From: a virus
Virus record (IMG/VR): IMGVR_UViG_3300046007_003718
Coordinates: 32,001 to 96,000 of that record
Strand: one strand, 5' to 3'
DNA: 64,000 nucleotides
Shown here: piece after piece, positions 27,458-36,778 of the stretch
Layout: every line of letters begins with the position of its first letter
How positions within the stretch are numbered: the first letter of the stretch is position 1
Program-made: the position numbers and the translations under genes
The notes under the pieces: model-generated
The model's database searches: none
What the model was told of the DNA's origin: nothing
The model's input: only the letters and a program-made list of their open reading frames with translations

Positions 27458-28286
27458 AACGAGTACCCCTACGCTCTCCCTCAATGTTTACACGCTCATC
27501 GTTCTGTAGAACATAACGCACGCTAGTCCACTCAGTAGTCGAAAGACCGAAGTGCGAGATGAGTTCTGCCTTAGACGTTGGCCCATTGTCTGAGATAAAC
27601 TGAACAATAACATTCATCACATCAGTATCAACCGTAGGCGTCTTGTCCTCAACGATAACCTCATAAGTGCGACCGGGGACAGTATAGTTTGTCCCTCGCT
27701 TGGTGCCGTTCTTAACTACCTTGCCTGTCTCAACCGCAGCGTTGATTACCTCGGAATAGATCGAAGCCGGGATAAGGTCGCCAATATGCTTCTTAGTAAC
27801 AGGCTGGTCTGACTCCTCTACAAAGAGGATAAACTCGTCGCGTACAGCAGCAATCCTCTGAGCCTTCTCGTCGCTCTGCTTGCGCCCCGGCTTGTACCGA
27901 AGGACGCGACCATACTCATCAACGGGGGCACCGCGAGCAATAGCAGCCTGATCGGCTCGCTCCTGACACTTGGCAATCCACTTTCCCAAGTAATCCTCAC
28001 GATGGTTAATAGCCTCGTCCTCGGGCAGAGAGCGAAGCAACTCCATACGGTTATCATGCACCTCGTTTAGATCCTCAAAAGGAAGCGTAATGCGATCATT
28101 GTCTGATGTAAGAATAGTTGCTTCCTTATCCTGTGCCGCAAGCACAAGTGCATATCGAAAGCCACCCTCGCTATTCCAAAAACTAATCGTGTCACCGCGA
28201 ACGGGCGCAACCTTGGTCTGCATATCAACCTCCTTTGACTTAACATTTCTCTTAGTAAGTTTGTTACTCACTCGTTTCTTACCCAT
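27444..28286 (-). CDS. Putative DNA-binding protein with tandem winged-helix-like repeats
   Basis: Two C-terminal repeats ending GTKRGTNY and GERRGTRY. Confidence 0.55.
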   Translation of the reverse strand: MGKKRVSNKLTKRNVKSKEVDMQTKVAPVRGDTISFWNSEGGFRYALVLAAQDKEATILTSDNDRITLPFEDLNEVHDNRMELLRSLPEDEAINHREDYLGKWIAKCQERADQAAIARGAPVDEYGRVLRYKPGRKQSDEKAQRIAAVRDEFILFVEESDQPVTKKHIGDLIPASIYSEVINAAVETGKVVKNGTKRGTNYTVPGRTYEVIVEDKTPTVDTDVMNVIVQFISDNGPTSKAELISHFGLSTTEWTSVRYVLQNDERVNIEGERRGTRYVRA

Positions 28287-28297
28287 AAGTTACCTAC

Positions 28298-28522
28298 CTA
28301 ACTCTCTACTGTCAAGGCCTCATCAAAGATCGCATTTAGACTATCTGCGATCACATCCCTCTCTTTAGTCAGACAAGGGGAACATTGTGCCTCGGGGTTA
28401 TACCGTGAGAGGCGAGCATCGCACCGGGTACAATGCCGCACCTCCGCAGGCTTGTCGTCCACGAAGTCAAATGGGACCATATCGCCCATAGATTTCGCAG
28501 GAATAATCTCATCAAATCGCAT
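28298..28522 (-). CDS. Zn-finger protein
   Basis: CTRCDARLSRYNPEAQCSPC; GGAGG RBS. Confidence 0.6.
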   Translation of the reverse strand: MRFDEIIPAKSMGDMVPFDFVDDKPAEVRHCTRCDARLSRYNPEAQCSPCLTKERDVIADSLNAIFDEALTVES

Positions 28523-28532
28523 AACTTACCTC

Positions 28533-28790
28533 CTAGAACGAGTCCGGGTATTCTGCTGAAAGGATAGTCAGCATAAAGTTAAGAGAGTGAAACGTAGAGT
28601 CGGCAGGAGTCCATGCCTTCTCAAAGTTGTCATACACACGCCACTCCTGCTTGCGGCCACGCTTACCAATGCCGCGAATCATAAAGCGCCCATCCTTGGA
28701 CTCATATACACCGGACTCAACACGGTGAAGGGACTTAGTGCGGGGACGGCCCCGGCCACGCTTCTCCTCAGTAACAGTTGCACTAGACAT
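28533..28790 (-). CDS. AT-hook-containing protein
   Basis: KRGRGRPRTK; AAAGGAG RBS. Confidence 0.6.
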   Translation of the reverse strand: MSSATVTEEKRGRGRPRTKSLHRVESGVYESKDGRFMIRGIGKRGRKQEWRVYDNFEKAWTPADSTFHSLNFMLTILSAEYPDSF

Positions 28791-28939
28791 ATGAATCTCC
28801 TTTAGGTCGTATTGACGATATAACAGTAACTTAGCATAGGTACTATAGGAGATGCAAGTGTAACTATAATCGCATTTATACGGAGATATTCGCGGGGCGT
28901 TTAAACGCTGAGTCCACGGGGGCGTACAAACGCTGACCT

Positions 28940-29365
28940 CTACTTCTCGTCAAGAGGAGGAGCGTCTGGAATGGAGCGGATAAACTCCTCAACGATAGCC
29001 TCCTCTTGCTCCCCGATTTTCTTATCAACGCGCTTCTTAAACTCGTCAATCTGCGCCTTGTATTGATCGGGGAATAGAGCCTGCATTTGTTCGATAGAAA
29101 CAAGGACGGTTGCCATCGCGCTTGCAAATTCAGAAAGAGAAGAAACAATCGCCCTTCCATTTGGAGTGTCTACGATCTCTGCCAACTCGTCGGGTGGAAT
29201 TTTAGCCATTTTAATATCCACTTCAGAACCGATGGCGCTAAGAAGGTTGTGAATGCCCTCCATAATCACGATTGCCATCTCGCTGATGTTCATCTCTTTT
29301 GCCGTTTCCCAATTGGCATTTATAATCATCTTTAACTTGTCGGGCACTTTATCATCTTTAGGCAT
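28940..29365 (-). CDS. Hypothetical helical protein
   Basis: 141-aa ORF. Confidence 0.6.
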   Translation of the reverse strand: MPKDDKVPDKLKMIINANWETAKEMNISEMAIVIMEGIHNLLSAIGSEVDIKMAKIPPDELAEIVDTPNGRAIVSSLSEFASAMATVLVSIEQMQALFPDQYKAQIDEFKKRVDKKIGEQEEAIVEEFIRSIPDAPPLDEK

Positions 29366-29589
29366 AATAATTATCTAACTAACTTTCTAATAGAATTTAA
29401 TAGGATTTAACTATCTAACTAACTTAAATTAGTCCCATCTTACGAAATGGGGATGTGCATCCTACAGGGCACCAACCATCCATCTCTACATATTCACCGT
29501 GGGGGCAAATTAGGTGAAAGTCGAAAGGGTCATTGCCTTCCATCTCCCAATCATCTGGTAGCAAATCTTCTAGAGTCTCCCAAAGACCA

Positions 29590-29874
29590 TCATACTTGCT
29601 CATCATCACCCTCTCGTAAATAAATTAATAAACTATCTATCTGACTATTTACTGCTGAAAGATTCTCCATCATAGTTTTCTTAATCTTATCAGATTTTGA
29701 TTCATGAAACAACTGCATTAGTTCATCTCTTTCCAAGAATAGATTAACTAACTTATTTGAAAGATACAACTTTTGTTCAGCGATTTCTTTTTGTTCAAGT
29801 GCTTCTGCCATCTTTTTCCAAAGATGCTCTGCTTGATAAAAACGCCACGGGTCTTTTTCTTTATCTTCACTCAC
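29590..29874 (-). CDS. Hypothetical coiled-coil protein
   Basis: Overlapping operon context. Confidence 0.55.
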   Translation of the reverse strand: MSEDKEKDPWRFYQAEHLWKKMAEALEQKEIAEQKLYLSNKLVNLFLERDELMQLFHESKSDKIKKTMMENLSAVNSQIDSLLIYLREGDDEQV

Positions 29875-30137
29875 TACTTAAATTTTCGTTCTTTTCGTTA
29901 GAAAGAGCCTTTTCCTTAGCAGACCGCGATGCTAAACGGAATAAATCACCATCTGCATTTTTTGAAGCCCATATTGAGAGTCCACGCTTTTTTGTCTTTG
30001 CAATAACATGCAATTTATCTCCAGAGATGTGGCATTTGCCCGGAGTGTGCGTTTCGGGGTCTTGCCAAACTTTCTTTTCTTTCCAGCCTTTAATTTCTTC
30101 AGGCGGGTTGCGACCTTCTCCCAATGGCTCCATTTGT

Positions 30138-30995
30138 TTATCCTTCCTGTGATCTGAATACGTTTGGCGCGATTCTTTGAAGTTGTATACGGACAAGTTT
30201 TGCAACTTCTTGGAACATAGCATCTGCTTCTGGGGTGTCGCGCTTTTGTAGATATTCATACCAAGACCTAAGATTGCCTGTGATAACCATCTTTGTTTCC
30301 GTACATTCTGGAAGGATTGCTCTCGCCGCCTCTCGGCTTTGCTTCTTAAGTGCAAAAGAGTCCTCCCCAATACTATTGTAAAGATCGCTAAGGTTATCAA
30401 CATACTTCTTTCCAACCTTTTCGCCATAATTCAAAAACTCCTTCTCAATATTCTTCTCTCTCCACAGAGCGGGAGGAATAACTAACTCAACCTTGTCGGG
30501 TACAAAAAATCTTTGAGAAAGTTGTGAATAATTAAAATGACGATGCCTGACCTGTTCATGACTCCAATAACGCGGGACTCTATCAACATAGATGGAAACA
30601 TGAGTATGTTCTAAAATTGAATAGTGACCCACTTCCATAATATGTTCAAGATAGTCTGACGCATTCTTTCGCCCTGCCTTGTCACCAAATGATTGATAAC
30701 AAATTCTTCCAGCAAAGATTGGAACCTGTTCTTCTAAAGCAGAGTCATCCTCAATCTTATGACCAAACAATTCCGACAACTCTCTAAAGGGAGAGGGATA
30801 TTTAAATGAATCCCACATCGGACGAGATGACTGAATCGCCACCACGCGAGGTTTGCCAAGGAAAACACGGCTGTATTTACCCTCAAACACAAGACGAGAT
30901 ACATCACCCCACACACCTGTAAAGGTGTCTTTTTCAACGTATTCCTTTAGGGGTGTCGTTACATCTGACTTAAATAAACTTAAAAGTGATTTCAT
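30138..30995 (-). CDS. thyX: Flavin-dependent thymidylate synthase
   Basis: AGRICYQS, GHYSILEH, RHRHFNYSQLSQR motif, AARAILP, GNLRSW. Confidence 0.93.
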   Translation of the reverse strand: MKSLLSLFKSDVTTPLKEYVEKDTFTGVWGDVSRLVFEGKYSRVFLGKPRVVAIQSSRPMWDSFKYPSPFRELSELFGHKIEDDSALEEQVPIFAGRICYQSFGDKAGRKNASDYLEHIMEVGHYSILEHTHVSIYVDRVPRYWSHEQVRHRHFNYSQLSQRFFVPDKVELVIPPALWREKNIEKEFLNYGEKVGKKYVDNLSDLYNSIGEDSFALKKQSREAARAILPECTETKMVITGNLRSWYEYLQKRDTPEADAMFQEVAKLVRIQLQRIAPNVFRSQEG

Positions 30996-30997
30996 AA

Positions 30998-31279
30998 CTA
31001 GAATGGCCTTCTCATTCCACACTTGTCACATCTTGTTAAATAATGACGATGAGGGCCAGAACAATCTGGTTCATCGCAGCCCCATTCCTCTTTTGGTAGT
31101 GGAGACTTGCCAAAATTTCTTGGAGTAACATTTGAAGAGAACTTACCCTCTAGAATCTTTCGTGAATGCATATCGGTGCCAAGATACTTCAAAGGTCCAG
31201 TAGTGGTTCCTTCGGGGATACCATCTCTAACCGGATCCATTACTTTAACTTTAATTGGCTTATCTTTATTATCACTCAT
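30998..31279 (-). CDS. Small Cys/His protein
   Basis: C...C...H...CDKC at C-terminus. Confidence 0.55.
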   Translation of the reverse strand: MSDNKDKPIKVKVMDPVRDGIPEGTTTGPLKYLGTDMHSRKILEGKFSSNVTPRNFGKSPLPKEEWGCDEPDCSGPHRHYLTRCDKCGMRRPF

Positions 31280-31291
31280 CTAACTAACTCC

Positions 31292-31582
31292 CTATGGTGT
31301 AATTAAGGAACCACCACCAACGGCTCCCGCTGCTGCTGCTCCTTGCATCATACCAGCCAGTTGTCCAAGAACAAAGGCTAGATTAGCAATGCTATTAAAT
31401 CTTCCGGCAAAATTGATTGCTTCATCAACATTTAGAAACAATTCACTCTTATTACCATTAATATCTGTGACAAGCAACTTAACTCCAAGACCATACAGAG
31501 GATGTTCACTAATCCCGACTGAAATACCCTTATTGTTAGAAGCCGAAGGCTCTTCTTGTGCTTGCTTCTCTTCTTCTGACAT
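31292..31582 (-). CDS. Hypothetical protein
   Basis: GAAAGG RBS. Confidence 0.6.
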   Translation of the reverse strand: MSEEEKQAQEEPSASNNKGISVGISEHPLYGLGVKLLVTDINGNKSELFLNVDEAINFAGRFNSIANLAFVLGQLAGMMQGAAAAGAVGGGSLITP

Positions 31583-31811
31583 AATTACCTTTCTTATTTA
31601 AAATTTCCACGGCTTAGAATCAAACAATGTTAATTGATTGTTAAAATCCTCAACCTCGGGAGTTTCTACGCTGGCAGACTTTTCTGCTAGATCTAATCTT
31701 TCTCCATCAGATCTAACTGAGATACCCATATCATCTATTACAATAGATATTCTATCAGTCGCATTAACTTTTGTTTCAAACGGCATCTCGTTATCTTTAT
31801 CAATGCGAATT

Positions 31812-32198
31812 CTAATCATCTGACTCATCATCCACCTCTTTCCAAAATCTAAATACTGGACTAATAAGCCCAGCGCGAATTGCCGCAGCAACCGCTGACG
31901 GAGGGATTCCTATATTCATATATTCTTCCACTTCCCGGATTGTAATTGATTCTGTTCTCTGCTCTACTTCAAAATTCCGGGTTAACTGCACATACATTAC
32001 TTCAGAATCTGGTTCTCTAAAGTATTTAATACCTTGTTCAGCAAATGCTTGAGAAAGTTCAGAAAACCATTTTTGATAAGGATCTTGTGAAATCTTTTCT
32101 TGCTGATTCTTTATGTGCAATTCATTAAACTGAGCGCGAAATTCTTCAACCATCTCTGGGTCAAAAAGATCATCGAACTCATCTTTGTTCATAGTCAT
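31812..32198 (-). CDS. Hypothetical protein
   Basis: Operon context. Confidence 0.55.
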   Translation of the reverse strand: MTMNKDEFDDLFDPEMVEEFRAQFNELHIKNQQEKISQDPYQKWFSELSQAFAEQGIKYFREPDSEVMYVQLTRNFEVEQRTESITIREVEEYMNIGIPPSAVAAAIRAGLISPVFRFWKEVDDESDD

Positions 32199-32205
32199 GA
32201 TATAT

Positions 32206-32766
32206 TTATGAGGGAATAATCAACTCACTAACAACCTCAAGCACCCTTTCTTTAAATTGATTCAAAGAACTTTTATTATCTATTATATAAGAAAAGTATT
32301 CATCAGGCAAACGTTCTTCAGAAATATGAGAATCATTATGAAATAGATCGGGCCTATTTATGCGAATAATATGACCGCCAAGATGTTTAATTCTCTCTGC
32401 TTCATTCTTAAAACGAACATCCGTAATAATCCACAATTCATCATCTGGAACGGTAGGCTCTCTGGGTAATATCATATCTACCCAAAAATCATCACCGAAA
32501 ATATCTCGGTGCGCTTCTGTACCATACCTTTGAGCAAAACTTCTCCAAGTGTATGAATGCTCAAAACTCTGACTTTCAATCTTAAAGACGCCCCGCTCTT
32601 CCTTTAGTGTGTTTATTTCTCTTATTGAAACGCCAAAGAGAGCCGCTAGGCTCTCCTTGATCTTGTCAGCAAATGCTAACCTTTGAGCATGAGGATATAC
32701 GGATTGAATAAAATTGTAAGCGGTATCTTTTCCAGCCCGCTTACCTCCATGTAATCCAATAATCAT
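32206..32766 (-). CDS. Deoxynucleoside monophosphate kinase
   Basis: GGKRAGKDT P-loop, FADKIK, QRYGTE, ITDVRFKNE, HISE. Confidence 0.88.
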   Translation of the reverse strand: MIIGLHGGKRAGKDTAYNFIQSVYPHAQRLAFADKIKESLAALFGVSIREINTLKEERGVFKIESQSFEHSYTWRSFAQRYGTEAHRDIFGDDFWVDMILPREPTVPDDELWIITDVRFKNEAERIKHLGGHIIRINRPDLFHNDSHISEERLPDEYFSYIIDNKSSLNQFKERVLEVVSELIIPS

Positions 32767-32768
32767 AT

Positions 32769-33038
32769 CTAGTTAGACTGTTCGCCTGTCATGTTCTCAT
32801 AAAAATCATCAATCTCTTGCTGAATAGAATCTTCAGCATGACGACGAAGTTCATCCTCAATCTCAGCACGACGAGTCCTGACATACTCATCATAAGCCTC
32901 CTGCTCTTCTTCCGTATCTGGACGAGGAGCCAAAGGCTCTTCATGAGCAAAAGAACGAGAGAAAACAACATTTTCATATTGGTTTCTTGGATTTGTAACC
33001 TTAGAGGTCAAACCAACACTAACCTTAATAACTGTCAT
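32769..33038 (-). CDS. Hypothetical protein
   Basis: Operon context. Confidence 0.6.
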   Translation of the reverse strand: MTVIKVSVGLTSKVTNPRNQYENVVFSRSFAHEEPLAPRPDTEEEQEAYDEYVRTRRAEIEDELRRHAEDSIQQEIDDFYENMTGEQSN

Positions 33039-33276
33039 AACTACCCCTTATTTACAGCAATAGCAAGACTATTGAGATTGCTTCCCTTAATAGACTCCTC
33101 AACCTGAGAAACAATACGCTTTACAATATCATCAGAAATTGGCGAACCTTGCATATCATATACAGTAACACAGACAGAACGCGGATAATGCTTATACGCT
33201 GTCCAATTATTGTTGTTGTGCTTACGTCGCTTATTGTTATTATTCCTGTTGTTGCCCTGACTAGACAATTTAACTC

Positions 33277-34578
33277 CTATTGAATTGATCCGAGATTAAT
33301 ACGTTCAAAAGATGTAATACCATGCTTGCGATTCATAGTGATGAGAGCCTGTTGTGCCTCATCTCCTGCGTGCATAGTATCAAATGCATACTCATCTGGC
33401 CCCTTAATGGAACCATTCACTACAAGATCACATCCACGACCGGGCCACCAAAGCAACTGGTGGAAGTGACCCATTACTAGCATATCAACTGACGGCATCC
33501 CAAGACTCTTAAGACCCTCCTGAAAAGCCGCCCTTTTCTTTGCAAGCCCATAGAATGGAATACCTGCAAAACTTGATGACTTATAACCATCACCGTGAGT
33601 CATGCCGACGCGGTGGCCTGCAATCTCATGAATATAAATCATATCCTTTGGTACGATAACTTTGACATTCTTAATTGGCTCAACGATAGCCTTCACCATC
33701 ATACCCATCATGTATTCAAGATTATCATACTTATTCTTGTGGCGTGGCTTGTGGTGAATGCGAGGGTGATTACCCGGCATGATAACAACTTCAACCTCTG
33801 GGAATATCTCAGACATTGAACCAATCATATCTACCATAAGATGTGCCATTCGTACAAACTGGTCAGAAACTGGAGTCTCATTGCTCTCAGCCAACTCTTC
33901 GTGGATATTCCCACTAATCATATCGCCAAGAAACGCTAGAACGATCTTATTGACTGGATAATCATTACTCTTGATTTCATAGAAGCGAGAAATCTTCTGA
34001 GCGAGAAATTCCATACGACGATCACAGATATCCATATTATACTTAATATCAAACATATCTACAGTCTCTCCGTAGTGGGCGTCTGAAATTAGAGCAAACA
34101 TGGTGTGAGGATCGTCACCGATAGCGGGGTTTGGTCCTACACGGAATACTGGCTCATAGGGATTTGATTCAATTACCTGAACAATGCGATCTGCAATACG
34201 ATCCTTATCATCAACGATCTTTTCATATTCCTTAATCATCTTAAGGGTATGACGCTTATCAGCATTTAGACGAACAATTTCTCTATTCGCTGTAAGCAAC
34301 TCATCATGAATGCGATCCTCTTCTGTCTCTTCCTCTTCCAGACGACGCTTTGCTCTCTTGATGGGAGACTTATCTGCATCGAATGAAAAGATTTCACTAT
34401 CCCAACGATCAATTGCTCGGCGCACAGAACGATCAGAAGTGGAAAGACCATAACGATCTGTAAGAAAGCGGGAAATTGCCCCAGCAGTCATTCCATCCAC
34501 ATAACAGTCAATAATTATGTCTTTATACTCGTCTAGTGGTGACACTGACGATTTACCATCTGGGGTATTAGTACCCAT
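33277..34578 (-). CDS. Calcineurin-like metallophosphoesterase with N-terminal HTH and coiled coil
   Basis: DAHYG, GDMISG, GNH, HGD, GHFH motifs. Confidence 0.85.
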   Translation of the reverse strand: MGTNTPDGKSSVSPLDEYKDIIIDCYVDGMTAGAISRFLTDRYGLSTSDRSVRRAIDRWDSEIFSFDADKSPIKRAKRRLEEEETEEDRIHDELLTANREIVRLNADKRHTLKMIKEYEKIVDDKDRIADRIVQVIESNPYEPVFRVGPNPAIGDDPHTMFALISDAHYGETVDMFDIKYNMDICDRRMEFLAQKISRFYEIKSNDYPVNKIVLAFLGDMISGNIHEELAESNETPVSDQFVRMAHLMVDMIGSMSEIFPEVEVVIMPGNHPRIHHKPRHKNKYDNLEYMMGMMVKAIVEPIKNVKVIVPKDMIYIHEIAGHRVGMTHGDGYKSSSFAGIPFYGLAKKRAAFQEGLKSLGMPSVDMLVMGHFHQLLWWPGRGCDLVVNGSIKGPDEYAFDTMHAGDEAQQALITMNRKHGITSFERINLGSIQ

Positions 34579-34605
34579 TAAGTAACTCCTTGATTAGAGA
34601 ATTAA

Positions 34606-36735
34606 CTATTCTTTTTCATCTTCACTAGAGATGTTATCATCTTTTACTTCTTCTGGAAGTATATCATCTCTGATTAATGAAATCTTTTTAGCATTCTTTG
34701 GGCGGTTTATCTTTTCTACAAGCCTACCGTCCTTCTCTTCAAGGACTTTACTCATACTTGATCTTCCGCCCGGAGGTTGGATGGGAGTTCTTTCATTAGA
34801 AACTTCAGGCATACCGCCCGGAGTTGGGCTTATTGGCTGTGCGGCTGGAGTTGTACCACCCGGCTCTGGTGGGATAAGAATGCCACCGGGGCCTTGCTCT
34901 GGGGCACCCTCTTCACCTTCTGCTGGCGGCATCATTCCACCACCGGGGACCATTTCTTCATCCATACCGGGGAATTGATTTGGGTCAAGACCAGCATTAG
35001 GATCTAGTCCAGACATAATGATTTCCTGCAACAAGTCTGGAGGAATGGGAAGATTCTGAGCCTTAAGCAGACGATAAATCTTGACCTTAGCCTCTTGCTG
35101 TGCAACAGTCTTTTCGATAGCCTCTTCTTCAAACCTTGCAAGTTCTTCCTTGAAGGTGTAAGGCAGACCAACCATAAATGTCTGATCTGAAATAGGAACT
35201 CCAGAAGCCTTGAGTTGGGCAAGGAATTGACGCTGAGTAGCCTCATCTCTAAGATCAAGAACTTTCATGTTAATTTCTGGAATAAGCAATTTGTGTCGTT
35301 CGACAACCATGATGTTGCCCTCTTCATCATATTCAATATGCTCTTCCATGATTGGGACGCGAGTATCACCACGCTGTTCGTAATCGTAATGTTCATTAGC
35401 CTCAGCAACAACTCGGGCGCGGTCCATGAAGTGCCTCTTCAAGAAGTTCTGGTATGTACGAAGGATTTGATTAAGGAACTCAGCCTGTAGTGCTGATGAT
35501 GCATATGGTTGTGCATTAGAACCAGCAGAAAGTAGGCTTGGGTTTACACCAAACAACTGCATTAAACGACGTTCAATTCTGTCGAAGTCATCGCCTAGAT
35601 TTGGCATCTGCTCACGACCAAATACATTTTGAATATCTACGCCGAAGTGGTGGACAAGAACACGGAAGTCTGAAGCGAGAGCGATATCAATATCATCGCG
35701 GAAGGCCTCACACTCATCTGGACCGGGCATCCAAGGTACACCATCTCCAATATCCTGAACACCTAACTTGGCTAGAATCAGTGGGGAGTACAAACGCTCT
35801 GCAATAGCATCCTGAGAAGCAAGCAACTTCTCTTCATGCATAAGTGTGCGTAATCCTCTAAGAAGCAGAGGGGTTCCGTGAATGTCCCAATCGTTAATCT
35901 TGAAAGCAACCTGCTTCATAAGAACGTTCGAAACAGGAATATTTTCATTCTTGATCAAATATGGAATAAGTTCCGGCCAATCCTGAACAAGAGTTTCGTA
36001 GTCTGTAGTAGGACTCTTCTTTGCCGCGAGTTCCTTTAGGAATTCAGGTGGTTTAATCTCAAACTGCTGAGTTCCAAGAAGCGGATACTGCTTTAGTACC
36101 ACATCTTCTGGATTGATAAGTTCTTCTCTTTCCCAAATACCAAGAGTCTCATTAAATGAGCCGAGAGGAAATGCCTGTCCCACTGTCCAGTATTCACGGC
36201 CAAGACGTACAAGGAATTCCTGATAGTCAAGACGATCAAAGAAAAGATCCTCGTACCATTGTGTGAGTTTTGGATCTTTAGAACTTAGTTCCATTCCTAC
36301 TAAGGGGAACCTAGTAAAAATATCAATCAAGATAGGAACAAGGTAATGCGTCATGTAGTATAGACGCAGCCACTGATACAACTTCTGACGATGCGTATCA
36401 TTTTGAATATTCCAAGGAATACCAGAGAGTTCCCAGTATTCCACCGGATCGTAAAAACGAGGAATAGCAGCAATATAGTCTCCACCGCCCGCTGCTGTTT
36501 TGTTAATAGAAGAAACCCTACGGTTTCTAGAGAACTCAGACGCAAGAGCGCGGTTGGCTCTCATATCTTTAATTGTGTTCTCTAGACTGTCAGGACCGTT
36601 AGGGTCACTAGTAGCAAGGTTGTACGACTCCCAAGCCGCAATCTTCTTACGAAGGTCGTGCTTAGGGAGCGTACCTCCCATTTCCTGAATTGCTTTTACC
36701 TTCTGATCTGATGAAAGATGAGGAAATTCTGGCAT
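34606..36735 (-). CDS. Portal protein
   Basis: Size and position near terminase; GTPLLLRGLRTL...QDAIAERLYSPLILAKLG resembles large actinophage portals; Pro/Gly-rich tail. Confidence 0.75.
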   Translation of the reverse strand: MPEFPHLSSDQKVKAIQEMGGTLPKHDLRKKIAAWESYNLATSDPNGPDSLENTIKDMRANRALASEFSRNRRVSSINKTAAGGGDYIAAIPRFYDPVEYWELSGIPWNIQNDTHRQKLYQWLRLYYMTHYLVPILIDIFTRFPLVGMELSSKDPKLTQWYEDLFFDRLDYQEFLVRLGREYWTVGQAFPLGSFNETLGIWEREELINPEDVVLKQYPLLGTQQFEIKPPEFLKELAAKKSPTTDYETLVQDWPELIPYLIKNENIPVSNVLMKQVAFKINDWDIHGTPLLLRGLRTLMHEEKLLASQDAIAERLYSPLILAKLGVQDIGDGVPWMPGPDECEAFRDDIDIALASDFRVLVHHFGVDIQNVFGREQMPNLGDDFDRIERRLMQLFGVNPSLLSAGSNAQPYASSALQAEFLNQILRTYQNFLKRHFMDRARVVAEANEHYDYEQRGDTRVPIMEEHIEYDEEGNIMVVERHKLLIPEINMKVLDLRDEATQRQFLAQLKASGVPISDQTFMVGLPYTFKEELARFEEEAIEKTVAQQEAKVKIYRLLKAQNLPIPPDLLQEIIMSGLDPNAGLDPNQFPGMDEEMVPGGGMMPPAEGEEGAPEQGPGGILIPPEPGGTTPAAQPISPTPGGMPEVSNERTPIQPPGGRSSMSKVLEEKDGRLVEKINRPKNAKKISLIRDDILPEEVKDDNISSEDEKE

Positions 36736-36778
36736 TTATATTATATCCAAACTGTTGATAGGTATATCATACCACACA

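Noticed and set aside
29867-30427. 186-aa ORF overlapping thyX
   Set aside because: The upstream part is an alternate frame of thyX; the plausible gene starts at ATG 30133.
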